DNA from: Octopus vulgaris | Taxonomy: Eukaryota | Assembly (NCBI GenBank): GCA_951406725.2 | Contig: OX597837.1 | Coordinates: 23,436,001 to 23,500,000 of the forward strand | Length of the DNA stretch: 64,000 nucleotides | Reading direction: 5' to 3' | Shown: positions 1 through 13,364 of the stretch, piece after piece | How positions within the stretch are numbered: the stretch's first letter is position 1 | How the letters are laid out: each line of letters starts with the position of its first letter | Notes under the pieces: model-generated | The model's database searches: none | What the model was told of the DNA's origin: nothing | Seen by the model: the letters and a program-made list of their open reading frames with translations, nothing else | Program-made: the position numbers and the translations under genes

Positions 1-50
1 ACTAACCCCACTTCCAGTAAATTTCAGGCCTTGTGTTTATAACAGAAAAG

Positions 51-130
<80 letters not shown>

Positions 131-188
131 TATCTATTATTTATTATTATTATTATTATTATTTATCCTTATTATCATTATTATTATT

Positions 189-263
<75 letters not shown>

Positions 264-265
<2 letters not shown>

Positions 266-471
266 GGCAGTGAGCTGGCAGAATCATTAGCACACCAGCA
301 AAATGCTTAGTGGCATTTCGTCCATCTTTACGTTCTGAGTTCAGATGTTGCTGGGTTCAATTTTGCTTTTCATCCTTTTAGGACAAGGAAATAAGCACCA
401 GTTATACACAGGGGTTGATGAAATCGACTACCCCTCCACCAAATTGCAGGCCTTGTGCCTATAGTAGAAAG
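264..471 (+). mobile_element. tRNA-derived SINE family M (aaggc..gagctggcagaa head; gccttTCATCCTTTCGGGGTCGAT core)
   Basis: Same head and core at 20210, 27180, 57445 and 10563-10700 (-). A 3' part of another copy is at 1-50. Confidence 0.75.
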
Positions 472-472
472 G

Positions 473-515
<43 letters not shown>

Positions 516-779
516 TTATTATTATGATCATCATCATCATCATTATTATTATTATTATCATCATCATCATCATTATTATTATTATCATAATTGTTTTATT
601 TCCTTCTTTCTTCAAATTTTCTTCAATTTTTTGCCAAGTGTTTCCCATACACCTAGGGCAAAGAAGCTCATTCTATGCATTCTCAGATTACACATGCAAA
701 TTCACAGGTAAAATATGTATTTAAAATAAATAAATAAATAAATAAATAAATGAATTCATGAATGGCCGTTGTTTTCCAC

Positions 780-995
780 AGCAACACATTTTCTCCCTCA
801 GTCACAGCTTCAGGATGGTGTTTATACCATTTGTCAGCAGTTTTGATTTTATAATGTCAACATATTATCCAGGGTAAATACTGGCTGACTCTGTCATGTC
901 TTGCTTTATATTCTACAGGTGCTAAGACTCTACACCCTGAGATTAGGTGGCTTATAGTTTCAATCTCACCGTTACAGAATTGGTATTTTGGGTCA
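780..995 (-). mobile_element. R4/Dong-like (RLE-type) non-LTR retrotransposon C-terminal fragment
   Basis: Minus translation DPKYQFCNGEIETISHLISGCRVLAPVEYKARHDRVSQYLPWIIC*HYKIKTADKWYKHHPEAV: a CCHC knuckle remnant plus RHD, which precede the RLE domain. Confidence 0.75.
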
Positions 996-1134
996 GCTTC
1001 ATTTTTATTATTATTATTATTCTATGTTTGATTTTTGCTTTATATTTGTACAACAGGTTGGAAGTTCACCTTGTTGTTATGCCTAGTGTGCCATATATTT
1101 GGTTGGTTTTTTTTTGTGTTGTACTAGTGGTGTC

Positions 1135-1168
<34 letters not shown>

Positions 1169-1228
1169 ATTATTATTATTATTGCTGTTGCTGTTGTTGT
1201 TGTTGTTCTTCTTCTTCTCCTTCTTCTT

Positions 1229-1360
<132 letters not shown>

Positions 1361-1507
1361 GGTTTAGTGAGAGGAGGAAAAAGCAGTACTTTGATGTTTT
1401 CCAGAATCTCTGAAACTGGTATGAGGAATGGTGGGAGTCTGAAAGATTTGAGTTCTACAAGGGATGTCTGCGATTGAGTAGACCCTGCTGCTGACACCTG
1501 AGGGTGT

Positions 1508-1930
1508 TAGGTGGTGGCAGTAATAGTTGTTGTTATGGTGGTAGTAGTGATGGTTATGGTGGTGGTGGTGGTGGTGGTGGTGGTGGTGGTGGTGATGGTT
1601 GCTGAGCTGGTCTTGGTGGTGGTGACTGTGGTGACTGGCATTCTGGTTGTGGTGATGGTTGTGTGTATAGTGGTTGTATTGGTGGTGGTAGTTATGGTGG
1701 TGATAGTTACAGTGGTGTTGGAAGTAGTAGAGAATTGTTGTAGTGGTTTTAGTGGTGGTGGCAGCTGTGGTGATGTGGGTTGTGATGGTGGTTGCTGTTG
1801 TAGTGGTGGTGGCGGTGGTGGTGGTGGTAGTGGTGGTGGTGGTGGTGTTGGTATGGTGTTGATGGTAGTGGTGGTGGTGATGGTGGTGGTGGTAAGTTGT
1901 GGTGTGGTGTTGGTAGCAGGAGGGGGTAGT
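1508..1930. repeat. Degenerate (GGT)n repeat
   Basis: Read directly from sequence. Confidence 0.9.
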
Positions 1931-2206
1931 CGTGGTGCTAAATCAGCTAACAGTTTAAGCCTTTCGGCCCAGCATTTATACGACAGAAAACAAGCAAAAA
2001 AGAAAATACCCCCACCCCCCACAAAAAAACAACAAAATAGCACACAAAAAACAAACTTGACAAAAAAAGCAATACTCATTCTCCATTGAAGTAATGTGTA
2101 TGCTCACACTTGCGTGTATGTTGTATGCATATAAGTGTGTGTATGTGTGTGAGAGTGTGTGTATTTGTGCGTGTGTATGTGTGTGAGAGTGTGTGTATTT
2201 TTGCAT

Positions 2207-2245
<39 letters not shown>

Positions 2246-2543
2246 CCTGTGCATATGTGTGTAAGTTATGTGCAGGAAAATATGGAAGTAGAGAGATTTG
2301 GGAGTTCGTTAAACATTTAGACTCTACAGAGATTTCTTCAGCAAACCCAGAATTCTGGTTGATGAATTTTCACACTGACTAAATGCTAATTGAGTACATT
2401 GTTTCGTTCTAATCCTTGTCTTCTTCATCTCATAGTTTTTATTATTCTCACACCATCAATAATCACGTTTTGCTTTAGTTATTTATTATTTTTCTTATTG
2501 CCTCTTTTTCTCCCACAAAGGAAAGGTGTTTCTAGTAGTAGTG

Positions 2544-2585
<42 letters not shown>

Positions 2586-2782
2586 ACAGTAGTGGCGGTA
2601 GTATCATAGTGCCAGTAACTGCATGAATGTGTGTATATATAATATATATATATATATATATTAGTATGTGTGTGTATACACATATATATATATATATATA
2701 TGTACATACACACACATATATGTATATATACACACACACACATACATATACATATATGCATACACAGACACATATATATGTA

Positions 2783-2818
<36 letters not shown>

Positions 2819-3804
2819 GTATATATATATAAATAAATATGTATATATATATATATATATATATCATCATACACACACACACAATTATATAAACACACAT
2901 ATATATCAATATATATGAAAATGTGTGTGTGTGTGTGTGTGTAGAAATATTCCCTGAGATCAGAATATTTGTTTACTGTACCGAATTATAGCTGCTTGAG
3001 GCCAAATAAATAGCTGATTTATTCTGCACAGGGAAAGTTAGATTAAAGATTTATTATCTAAGTTTAATTTGGCATAAAAAAAAAGATATATTTTTATCAA
3101 CTGTTTCACAAGTGGAAAACGCAAAAACTGAAAAACACACACACACACGCACATATATATAAATATATATATACATATATGTACACAATATAATATAGTC
3201 AAATTGAATTTAAAATATCACCGAAATATCGCCAAATATTTTAAAAAGAAAAGAATGAAGAAAAGGTAAAGATATAATATTAGAGATCTTGACAATAAAT
3301 CATGTAGACAACTCTTAGTTCTTAACAAGAATGGTTTAGCTATTCCATTGCATCTATCTTTGACTTTAATTCTATGTTTTAGCAAAATACATATGTGGCT
3401 ATTGGGAATTGTGCTGAGCTTTCTCTTTTTGTTATCATTTTTATTTGCTATATTTTTGTTTTGTCTTCAGGATATCTTAATAAAATTGCATATGTCAATC
3501 TTGTAGAAAAATTTCTGATAAGGAAATAATTCAATAGGAACAAGAAAGAAAAGAAAAGAAAAGGAAAAGAACTCTTTGGGATATTTCTTTAGAAGAATTC
3601 TTATACACAAATATGTGATGAAAAGTCTGGTAGCAGTTTGATATAGGAAGACAGAGGTGGAATAAATACATTTTTTGCTTAAATATTAAGTGTTGGCGTC
3701 AGGAAGAGCATCCAGCCATAGAATACTGTATTAAGAAGTCGTGTTTTATCCAGCAAATGCCAGCTAGGAAAAAAAAATGAGAAAAAAATGTTTGTAAAAA
3801 TTAA

Positions 3805-4069
3805 AATGATGACTTATGATGTGGCAATAATGATCGTGACAACAATGACGATGACAGTGATGATGATGATGATGATGATGATGATGACAATGTTGGTGTT
3901 GATGAGGGTGAGGAGGAGGAGGAGGATGACATCAATGATGATAATGATGACGACAACAACGACAACGATGATGATGATGATAATGATGACGATGATGGTG
4001 ATGCTGATGACAACGATGATGATGATGACAAAGATAATGATGACGGTAATATTGATGACCATGATGACA

Positions 4070-4114
<45 letters not shown>

Positions 4115-4340
4115 GTGGTGGTAGTGATGATGATGATGATGATGGTGTTGATGAGGGTGACGATAAGGAGGAGGATAATGTCCACAATGATGATAATGAT
4201 GGTGATGATGCTGACAACGACGATGATGATGATAAGGCTGATGATGATATTGATGATGATGATGATGACGACGATGATGATGATGATGATGATGAGGATA
4301 ATGATAATGTGGTGGTGGTGGTGGTGGTGGTGGTGGCAGT
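3805..4340. repeat. Degenerate (GAT)n array following an RTE-type tail (3690-3805)
   Basis: gttggcgtcaggaagagcatccagcc precedes the array. Confidence 0.9.
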
Positions 4341-5281
4341 AGCAGTGACCTTGGAGGCAGCAGTGGTGGAGATCATGATGGTGAAAATAAGTGTAGAAAA
4401 TCTAAGACTGTGCAAATTATTCCTCTGTGACAAAAGTACATGTGACATTAAAAGTGTTTCGAGTACAATTACTAATTAATACGCCAATACTTTTGGAAAC
4501 TAACATTTTGTGTGAGCATTAATTTTCTCGTGCACTGATTAATTTCTTCGGTGTGCACGAGATAATTGCAGAGCGCATAGGTGCACATGCATGCATGCAC
4601 GCACACAAACAGAGGTGAACAGTGCACTCAATCATGAAATAGTAAATGCAATCCGTTACCTGGTCCACTCAAGCAAATATGAGCTCTTAGTTGTACCCCA
4701 TACACTGGCAAGAGTATGACCAAAACCTGTGACCTTGAGGACAGTAGTCCAGCAGCACAGCCATTGTACTTCATAAGTGATATATTCATCATCATCATCA
4801 TCATCATTATCATCATCATCATCATCACTGCCACCTTCACCACAACCACCACCACAAACCTCATCACCAGAATCACTTCCACTATAACCATCCACTACCT
4901 CCACCACCTCCACCACCGCCGCTGCCATTGTCGCCACCACCACCACAACCACCTGACACCCTTGGGTACCATTAGCAGGGTTCACTCTATTACATGCATT
5001 CAGGCAAGATCTTTGTTGGTTTTCTTTCTTTTTTTTATCACAAGAATCAATTCTCCCTCTAAAATGATGTTGTTTCCATTTACATCAAAACTATGGAATG
5101 AGGTTTATGTAAACCCTTTAGCATTTAAACTGACCATATCTGGCCAAAAGATTCTACTGGTTTTATGTTCAAACTGGCCAGATCTGGCCTCTCACACCAG
5201 TCCTAAAATGTCCTAAAATAAATAAACAATCACATCGTTGAAATATTGAAGCTACGAGATGATACATGATTAATTTAAAAC

Positions 5282-6280
5282 ATCACCATCATCATCATCG
5301 TTTAATGTCAGTTTTCCATGCTGGCATTAGTTGGACAGTTTGACTGAGGTGTGGAGAGCCAGCAGCTATACCAGGCTCCAATCTGATCTAGCAATGTTTC
5401 TACAGCTGGATGCTCTTCCTAATGCCAACCATTCCAAGAGTGTAGTGGGTGCCTTTCATGTGCCACTGGCACAGGAGCCAGTTAGGTGGGCCTGACATCG
5501 ACCATGTTCAGATCGTGCTTTTTACATGCTACTGGCATGGAAGCCAGTCTAGGGATACTGGCATTGGTCACATTTGGTTGGTGATTTTTATGTGTCACCA
5601 GAACAGGAGCCAGTCAGGCAGACTTGGCATCAGTCGCGTTTGGATGGTGCTTTATACGTGCCACACTGGCACAGGAGCCAGTCAGGAGTCACTGGCCACA
5701 GCTATGATATTGGTTTTACTTGACTCAACAGGTATTCTCAAGCATATCGTATCACCTTACGCATCAAGGATATACTTAGCAAGGCTGGACATGCGTAGCT
5801 GTGATGTCACTTTAGTTGCTGGGTCATCTCAATCACAGTCTCCTGTCATTGCCTCTGTGAGGCCCAATGTTCAAAGGTCATGCTTCACCACCTCATCCAT
5901 GTCTTCCTGTTATGGTGGTGGTGGTTGCTGAGCTGGTTTTGGTGATGGTGACTGTAGAGTTTGGCATTCTGGTTGTGGCGATGTTTGTGTGCATAGTAGT
6001 TGTACTGGTGGTGGTAGTTATGGTGGTGATAGCAAATATCCACATGAGGTGTATACAGAAGGCTATTCTTCAACAGCTTCCTTCTACAGTTAGGGAGTGG
6101 CACTTCCTCACACAGCTGTCTTCATCCATCCGTAACACTTGACCATACCAGCACAGTAAACCACATCTGATGCCTCTTATGCCCAACTTTTCTCTCAGGA
6201 TGCTTACACTCAGTCATGTATGCACACTGACATTACACATCTAGCGGATCATATTAGCTTCATTTCTTTCGAGCCTATGT
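5282..6280 (-). mobile_element. Degenerate RTE LINE 3' fragment with ~4 array units and an internal foreign insertion
   Basis: Tail at 5282-5450, array at 5450-5700, ORF end (aggtcatgcttcaccacctcatccatgtcttcctg) at 5875-5910, foreign insert at ~5910-6045. Confidence 0.8.
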
Positions 6281-6638
6281 GAATAAATAACATTTGACAA
6301 AGGAATCTGAATGCTAAAGGATTAAATATGGGTGTGAGTGCCACTATTTCAGAATTCCACTTTAGAGGGTTCCACAACAAAATAAGTTTAATAAGTGCTG
6401 CTGCAAGACAATCCTAAATAATAACTTAACATTTGCTGGGTGGTTGCCCTTATGATAGTGTTTAAAACCAAGAGTTATTTGTGTGGTACATGTCTTATAT
6501 ATATAAGAAGATAACAAATGCAATGTAGATATAGAGGAAAATTTCTTTTGTTGAAAATTAACCAAATGGGAATAAAATTTGCTTAGTGTTTACAAATCCA
6601 AGTGCAAAATTTTGTAAAAACAAGGTTAGTGTGTGTGA

Positions 6639-6691
<53 letters not shown>

Positions 6692-6958
6692 TGTGTGTGT
6701 GTGTGTGGTCTTTCTGTCTGATTGCCTCCCACCCCAGTGTTGGTGTGCTTATGCCTCCTACATCAGTGTTGGTATGTTTATGCCCCAGTAACTTAGCAGT
6801 CTGGCAAATGAGACCAATAGAATAAGTACCAGGCTTTAAAATGCAATAAAGACTGTGGTCGACTCATTCAAAAGAAAAAAAAATTCTACAAGGTGGAGCC
6901 CCAGCATGGTCACAGTTTAATGACCGAAACAAACAAAACATAAAAGATGAAAGATTAC

Positions 6959-7320
6959 CTACAGCAGGTCTTTGAAACCAATGTCTTCTGTGAGTCCAAC
7001 AGGATTGTTGTCAAATAAGACTTTTACACAGGAATGTCTTTTTGACTGTGAAAATGCTGTGTATAGTTGACCATAAGCTAATAAAATGGACCTTGGTAGG
7101 TTGATTCCAACTCCATAATTTTTTTGTCCATGGTGTTTATATATTTTCTCTGTATGAACAGTTTCTGATGAAAAATAGTTACCTGATGATGGTGGAAGGT
7201 AATTCGTTGTCTCTGTCATGGTGAGGGATACAAGGTGAAAAAGACCTGGAGACTTTTCATTGTTCTCATTGAAATTTTTATTTTTAACAAACATTTTCAC
7301 CAGCTTGATGACATTCATTC
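6959..7320 (-). pseudogene. Decayed Helitron PIF1-like helicase C-terminal fragment
   Basis: VGINLPRSILLAYGQLYTAFSQ...VKV...TEDIGFKDLL resembles the Helitron RepHel end VGIYL..PVFSHGQLYVAFSR...T.NIVYKEVL. Confidence 0.55.
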
Positions 7321-7380
7321 CAATCTCATTTCAGAGACATTATGCTGAATCTGTTTGTCAGTTAAGTAAGAAAATAACAT

Positions 7381-7807
7381 AGGTGCAGGAGTGGCTGTGT
7401 GGTAAGCAGCTTGCTGCCCAACCATATGGTTCTGGGTTCAGTCCCACTGTGTGGCATCTTGGGCAAGTGTCTTCTGCTGTAGCCATCTGGCCGACCAATG
7501 CCTTGTGAGTGGATTTGGTAAACGGAAACTGAAAGAAGCCTGTAGTATATATGTATATATATATATATATATGTATGTATGTGTGTGTGTGTTTGCGTGT
7601 CTGTGTTTGTCCCCCTAGCATTGCTTGACAACCGATGCTGGTGGGTTTACGTCCCTGTCACTTAGCGGTTCGGCAAAAGAGACCGATAGAATAAGTACTA
7701 GGCTTACAAAGAATAAGTCCCGGGGTCGATTTGCTCGACTAAAGGCGGTGCTCCAGCATGGCCGCAGTCAAATGACTGAAACAAGTAAAAGAGTAAAGAG
7801 TAAAAGT
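7381..7807 (+). mobile_element. tRNA/CORE-like SINE family O with an internal (TA)/(TG) microsatellite
   Basis: A-box gtggctgtgtggtaag, B-box ggttcagtcc, CORE-like catcttgggcaagtgtctt, tail aagtaaaagagtaaa. Confidence 0.85.
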
Positions 7808-8730
7808 GTAGGGGGACCAATTTTTGGCACCAGTTCATGGTCAGGTAGGTGACATGGTTATCATGCTACCAAGGTATTCCATTAGAATGGCATGTTTTTG
7901 ATCATCTTTTAATATTGAATCATCAGAGATCTAGACTTTTGAGTCACCTAGAAACTTTTCAGCAAGTCTATTTATTTCATATACATTTGTATTCAATAGC
8001 ATCTAGATATTTCCTTTTATAAAGTTTTCAGTTGAGTCACAGCCATTTTGTGAGTCTAAGAATGTTTTTTGAGTGTAGAAATGTTTCTTTGATGAAGCTT
8101 TTGTGGTCTGGAATCAAGTTCTGACGAGGAATCCTTTTGATAGCTTCTCCTTGCCCAGACAGTGTTCTACAGAATTGCTCATGAAGAACATGTTGTGGGT
8201 CTTTCAATAATTGAATTGACTAAATACCACAACATGTACTGAAGGTTTTTGCATTACTTAAAAGAAGCATTATTTGAAGCTTACAACAGTGTATATGAGG
8301 CACCTTATGATTAGTGGTGTTTAACAACATCTAATAGTCTTATGATTTTATTTTGCATATTCCCCTCTCAAATCCACACACTCATTGGTCATACAGTAGT
8401 CTTTATGTTTTTCTAAGCCCTGTAAAATAACTCAGAAGGTTGGGACTCTAACCAGGCCTTTTGCGATACCCTTAAAACCAGGAAAATTTCAGTACCCCCT
8501 CATACATACATACATACATACATACATACGTATATATATATATATATATATATATAGTTTTATTTTTCATTCCTTTTGAAGATTGCTCTTAAATGTGATT
8601 TCAGTCGTTTTGACTACTTCTTCTAGCATGTAAAAACTGCCTGTTGAAGGCAGTTTTCTCTTGTGTTTAAATGTACACTATTTCATATATATATATATAT
8701 ATATATAAGGAATGGAGTTGATAATATCCA

Positions 8731-8815
8731 GGCTACAAATGTTTCACAGCAAGCAGAACCTCGGAAGTGGCAATTATCCAAGTTAGGTGTATACTGCAGG
8801 CTGTTCTTCAGAATC
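8731..8815 (-). ncRNA. Hammerhead motif, left arm of an inverted repeat (helix I decayed)
   Basis: Minus strand: CTGAAGA-acagc...gctgt-GAAAC-attt-GTA-gcc. Confidence 0.55.
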
Positions 8816-8868
8816 ACATTCTAATTGAATCACTCGTGTGTTGACATGTACCTCCTTGTGACAATTTA

Positions 8869-8966
8869 ATCAAGATATCTTTGACCTGAAGAGTAGCCGG
8901 CAGTATATGCCTCACTTGGATATCTGCCACTTCTGTGGCTCACTATGAAACATATGTAGCCTTGAT
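8869..8966 (+). ncRNA. Hammerhead motif, right arm of an inverted repeat
   Basis: atcaa...gac-CTGAAGA-gtag...ctat-GAAAC-atat-GTA-gcc-ttgat. One mismatch in helix I. Confidence 0.65.
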
Positions 8967-9377
8967 ATTATCCACTCCATTCTTTAACTCCATCCTTTAA
9001 CCCATGAAACGGTGGAAAATGAATCTGATGCACCATGACATGGTAACACATGTTGAGGAAGGCGAGGCTATTATGGCAGTCCAGAAACCAGTTCATGTGA
9101 GTCCAAATACTTGAATGTATGCTGAGAAATTGTTTTAGCCCGTTTGCCTTTGGAAGGTTGTTTTCTGTAGTTATTATCAGGGTATTTTGGCAATTTAAAT
9201 AAGAGTTTTGACTGTTATTTCCAGCAGGTAGACATACTTAGTATGTCCTTTGATTAATATATAGGCATATTATATATGTATATACATGTTTATATATATG
9301 TATGTATATGTATAGATCGTTAGCTCCGACACGCATATTTTTCTCTCCTTGTTTCTCTCCTTGTTTTTTTCTGTGTA

Positions 9378-9415
9378 TCTTTCTGTCGAAGAGCGTAGGC
9401 TTGAAACGTAAAAGA
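9378..9415 (+). ncRNA. Minimal hammerhead-like motif with U6 core, inside a dispersed repeat (~9325-9515)
   Basis: tcttt-CTGTCGA-a-gagc-gtag-gctt-GAAAC-GTA-aaaga. Related copies at ~19280-19320 (-), 26940-26980 (+) and a partial one at 40785. Confidence 0.55.
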
Positions 9416-9511
9416 CTTTTTCTATTTCTATTCCTGAGTGCTATACTAATACATTTGTTTGTTTGTACTCCACCTGCCTTCGTCTTTTGTTTATTTTCGT
9501 GAACTTTCCCG

Positions 9512-9587
<76 letters not shown>

Positions 9588-10039
9588 GCCTATATACATA
9601 CATATATGCACATACTTACATATATATGTACATACACATGTATATATGAGCACAGGACACCACAGAACATACATAACATGAAATACAAAATACTAAAACA
9701 TGGAATACGAACTTTCTTGCGAACAATGAAGGAAACAAAGGGAAAACAAAAGACAAGGAACATAAAAAACGACCCTTCATCAGTTGTCGGCTGTTTTTCT
9801 ACTTCGTATTTTGAGCAATTCACAAGATACGTTTTCAACAAAACAGTTGCTCCCAGAAAGCAAATTAAATAAAATTTTGGATTTTGCAGAAGGTCAAAGC
9901 TGGTAACAAAAACAGGACAGTTAAAACAAACAGGAAAGGTGTTGAGCCTGAATGAGGTGAGTTGGTGAAGGCGGAGGAACAAGCTCGGACAGGAGACAAT
10001 ATATATGTATGTTTATATATACACAGCAGATAAATAGAT

Positions 10040-10094
<55 letters not shown>

Positions 10095-10097
10095 TAT

Positions 10098-10552
10098 AGG
10101 CGTAGGAGTGGCTGTGTGGTAAGTAGCTTGCTTACAAACCACATGGTTCCAGGTCCAGTCCTACTGTGTGGTACCTACTATAGCCTTGGGCCGAACAAAG
10201 CCTGGTGAGTGGATTTGGTAGACGGAAACTGAAAGAAGCCCATTGTATATATGTATTTATATATGCATATATATGCATATATATATATATATGCATATAT
10301 ATATATGTATATATATATATGTGTGTGTGTGTATATGTTTGTGTGCCTGTGTTTGTCCCCCCAACATCGCTTGACAACCGATGCTGGTGTGTTTATGTCC
10401 CCATAACTTAGCAGTTCGGCAAAAGAGACCGATAGAATAAGTACAAGGCTCATAAAGAATAAGTCCTGGGGTCAATTTGCTCGACTAAAGGCGGTGCTCT
10501 AGCATGGCCACAGTCACATGACTGAAACCAGTAAAAGAACAAAAGAGTAAAG
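10098..10552 (+). mobile_element. SINE family O
   Basis: Same structure as the 7381 copy, with a small deletion in the CORE part. Confidence 0.85.
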
Positions 10553-10716
10553 ATATATATATTTCTTTACCACCCACAAGGGGCTAAACACAGAGGGGAC
10601 AAACAAGGTCAGACAAACGGATTAAGTCGATTACATCGACCCCAGTGTGTAACTGGTTCTTAATTTATCGACCCTGAAAGGATGAAATGCAAAGTCCAGC
10701 TCTTGCCGCCTTTAAA

Positions 10717-10781
<65 letters not shown>

Positions 10782-10841
10782 TATATATCATCATCATCAG
10801 ATATATATATATATATAGATATATAGATATATATATATATT

Positions 10842-11059
10842 ACTCTTTTACTCTTTTACTCTTTTACTTGTTTCACTCATTTGACTGCAGCCATGCTGGA
10901 GCACTACCTTTAGTTGAGCAAATCGACCCCGGGACTTATTCTTTGTAAGCCCAGTACTTATTCGATCGGTCTCTTTTGCTGAACTGCTAAGTGACGGAGA
11001 CGTAAACACACCAGCATCGGTTGTCAAGCAATGCTAGGGCGACAAACACAGACACACAA

Positions 11060-11092
<33 letters not shown>

Positions 11093-11261
11093 CATATATA
11101 CGACAGGCTTCTTTCAGTTTCCGTCTACTAAATCCACTCACAAGGCATTGGTCGGCCTGGGGCTATAGTAGAAGACACTTGCCCAAGATGCCACGCAGTG
11201 GGACTGAACCCAGAACCATGAGGTTGGTTACCAAGCTACTTACCACACAGACACTCCTGTG

Positions 11262-11264
<3 letters not shown>
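10842..11264 (-). mobile_element. SINE family O
   Basis: Full reverse-complement copy. Confidence 0.85.
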
Positions 11265-11295
<31 letters not shown>

Positions 11296-11740
11296 GCATG
11301 TGTGTGTATAGACATGTAGATGCTAAGATATACACAAATTCAATATCATATGCCATAATCCATTAGAATGGAAGTGCTATTCATGAGAATCAAGACAGTT
11401 TACAATCAATTATAAACTGTGGGAAAAGTCTCTGGTTAGGAAATTACACAGAAGGAAAAAAAATTTGATTTACCATTTTAATTGAAATATGAACTGTACT
11501 ATAATACAGCTTTACATATTTCTCTAGTGACGAGACTTTGTGAAAATGGCTGACCGCTTCATAAGGCCATCTAAATAAAAGAATCTCCCTTACGGCTGTG
11601 GAACTTAGTAGTGGGTCACATGGGACTCGGTTTAAATCAATTGAAATGAATAAATATACTGAATGAAAGATCTTGTAGCCTACTGGCTGAACTGGCATAC
11701 AGACGCAGAAATACACATACATACATACATTCAGATATAT

Positions 11741-11871
<131 letters not shown>

Positions 11872-11960
11872 TTTAGCGTATATATCTAGCATGGGTTATA
11901 GGCTTCATATATCAGATATATGGATGCCTTCCTAACGCCACCACTCGCGAGTGTAGTGGC

Positions 11961-12003
<43 letters not shown>

Positions 12004-12039
12004 TACATATATATATATCATATATATATATATATATAT

Positions 12040-12485
12040 CATCATCATCGTTTAGTGTCCACTTTCCATGCTAGCATGGATTGGACGGTTCAACTGGGGT
12101 CTGGGAAACCAGAAGGCTGCACCAGGCCCAGTCTGATCTGGCAAAGTTTCTATGGCTGGATGCCCTTCCTAACGCCAACCACTCCGCGAGTGTAGTGGGT
12201 GCTTTTTACGTACCACCGGCACAGTTGCCAGACGAAGCTGGCAAACAGCCACGATCGGATGGTGCTTTTTACGTGCCACCGTCACGGCATGCCACTGGCA
12301 CGGCATGCCACCACATACACACACACATATATCATCATCATCATCATCATCATCATCCTTTAACATCTGCTTTCCATGCTGGCATAGATTGGACAGTTTG
12401 ATCAAAGCTGGCAAGCTGGAGAGTTGCACCAGGTTCCAGTCTGATTTAGCTTGATTTCTACAGCTAGATACCCTTCCTAATGCTA
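12040..12485 (-). mobile_element. Two adjacent RTE 3'-tail copies (12040-12300, 12332-12485)
   Basis: Both start with (atc)n followed by the reverse-complement tail. Confidence 0.8.
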
Positions 12486-12685
12486 AGTAATGGCAAGTCA
12501 GTGGGTTACCATTGGTTTCACGTATATTATTGCTCTTAGAAATATAGCAATAATAGAACAATTATAGACACGAAAGTAGTAGCAACTTTCTGACCAGCCA
12601 TAACCTACAACTATATCAAATATTATGCTCCAAAAATGGTTTTCAGGGAGTACTTGCTTTTGACTTATGAATAACTGACTAATTA

Positions 12686-12889
12686 TGCATACATACATAC
12701 ATACATACATACATACATACATACATACATACATACATACATTCATTCATGCATACATACACACATACATACATACATACATTCATTCATACCTACATAC
12801 ATACATACATACATACACACACACATACATACATACATACATACATACATACATACATACATTCATACATACATACATACATACATACA

Positions 12890-12920
<31 letters not shown>

Positions 12921-13065
12921 GTATGTATAATTTGTAAAAAGCATAATTCCAAAAGAAGAAGCACATGTTAAGATATAGAGCAGTATATATTAAAAATGGG
13001 GAAGGCTGGTTTATGGGATTACCGTAGGTTTCCTGTCCATAAAGGGTTTAGCTTTATGGAGATAG

Positions 13066-13144
<79 letters not shown>

Positions 13145-13173
13145 GTAGGTAGGTAGATAGATAGATAGATAGG

Positions 13174-13248
<75 letters not shown>

Positions 13249-13259
13249 GTAGATAGATT

Positions 13260-13330
<71 letters not shown>
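12686..13330. repeat. (CATA)n at 12686-12925 and (GATA)n at 13060-13330
   Basis: Read directly from sequence. Confidence 0.95.
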
Positions 13331-13333
<3 letters not shown>

Positions 13334-13364
13334 AAAGTAGAGAGACAGATAAATAGACTTTTCT

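Noticed and set aside
1507-2089. Mucin-like Thr/Pro-rich or Val/Gly-rich ORFs
   Set aside because: Translation of a degenerate (GGT)n repeat; no domain or splice support.
3450-3530. Terminal coding exon after ttttgtcttcag
   Set aside because: Only ~19 codons with no recognisable homology; such acceptors arise by chance in AT-rich DNA.
7880-8330. Penelope endonuclease remnant with hammerhead
   Set aside because: Only vague motif resemblance (C-C-G, DAIE, ctgatga); too decayed to call.
9640-9990. Hammerhead in the repeat shared with 34660-34960
   Set aside because: CTGATGAAGGG is present on the minus strand, but I could not place a matching GAAAC/helix III.
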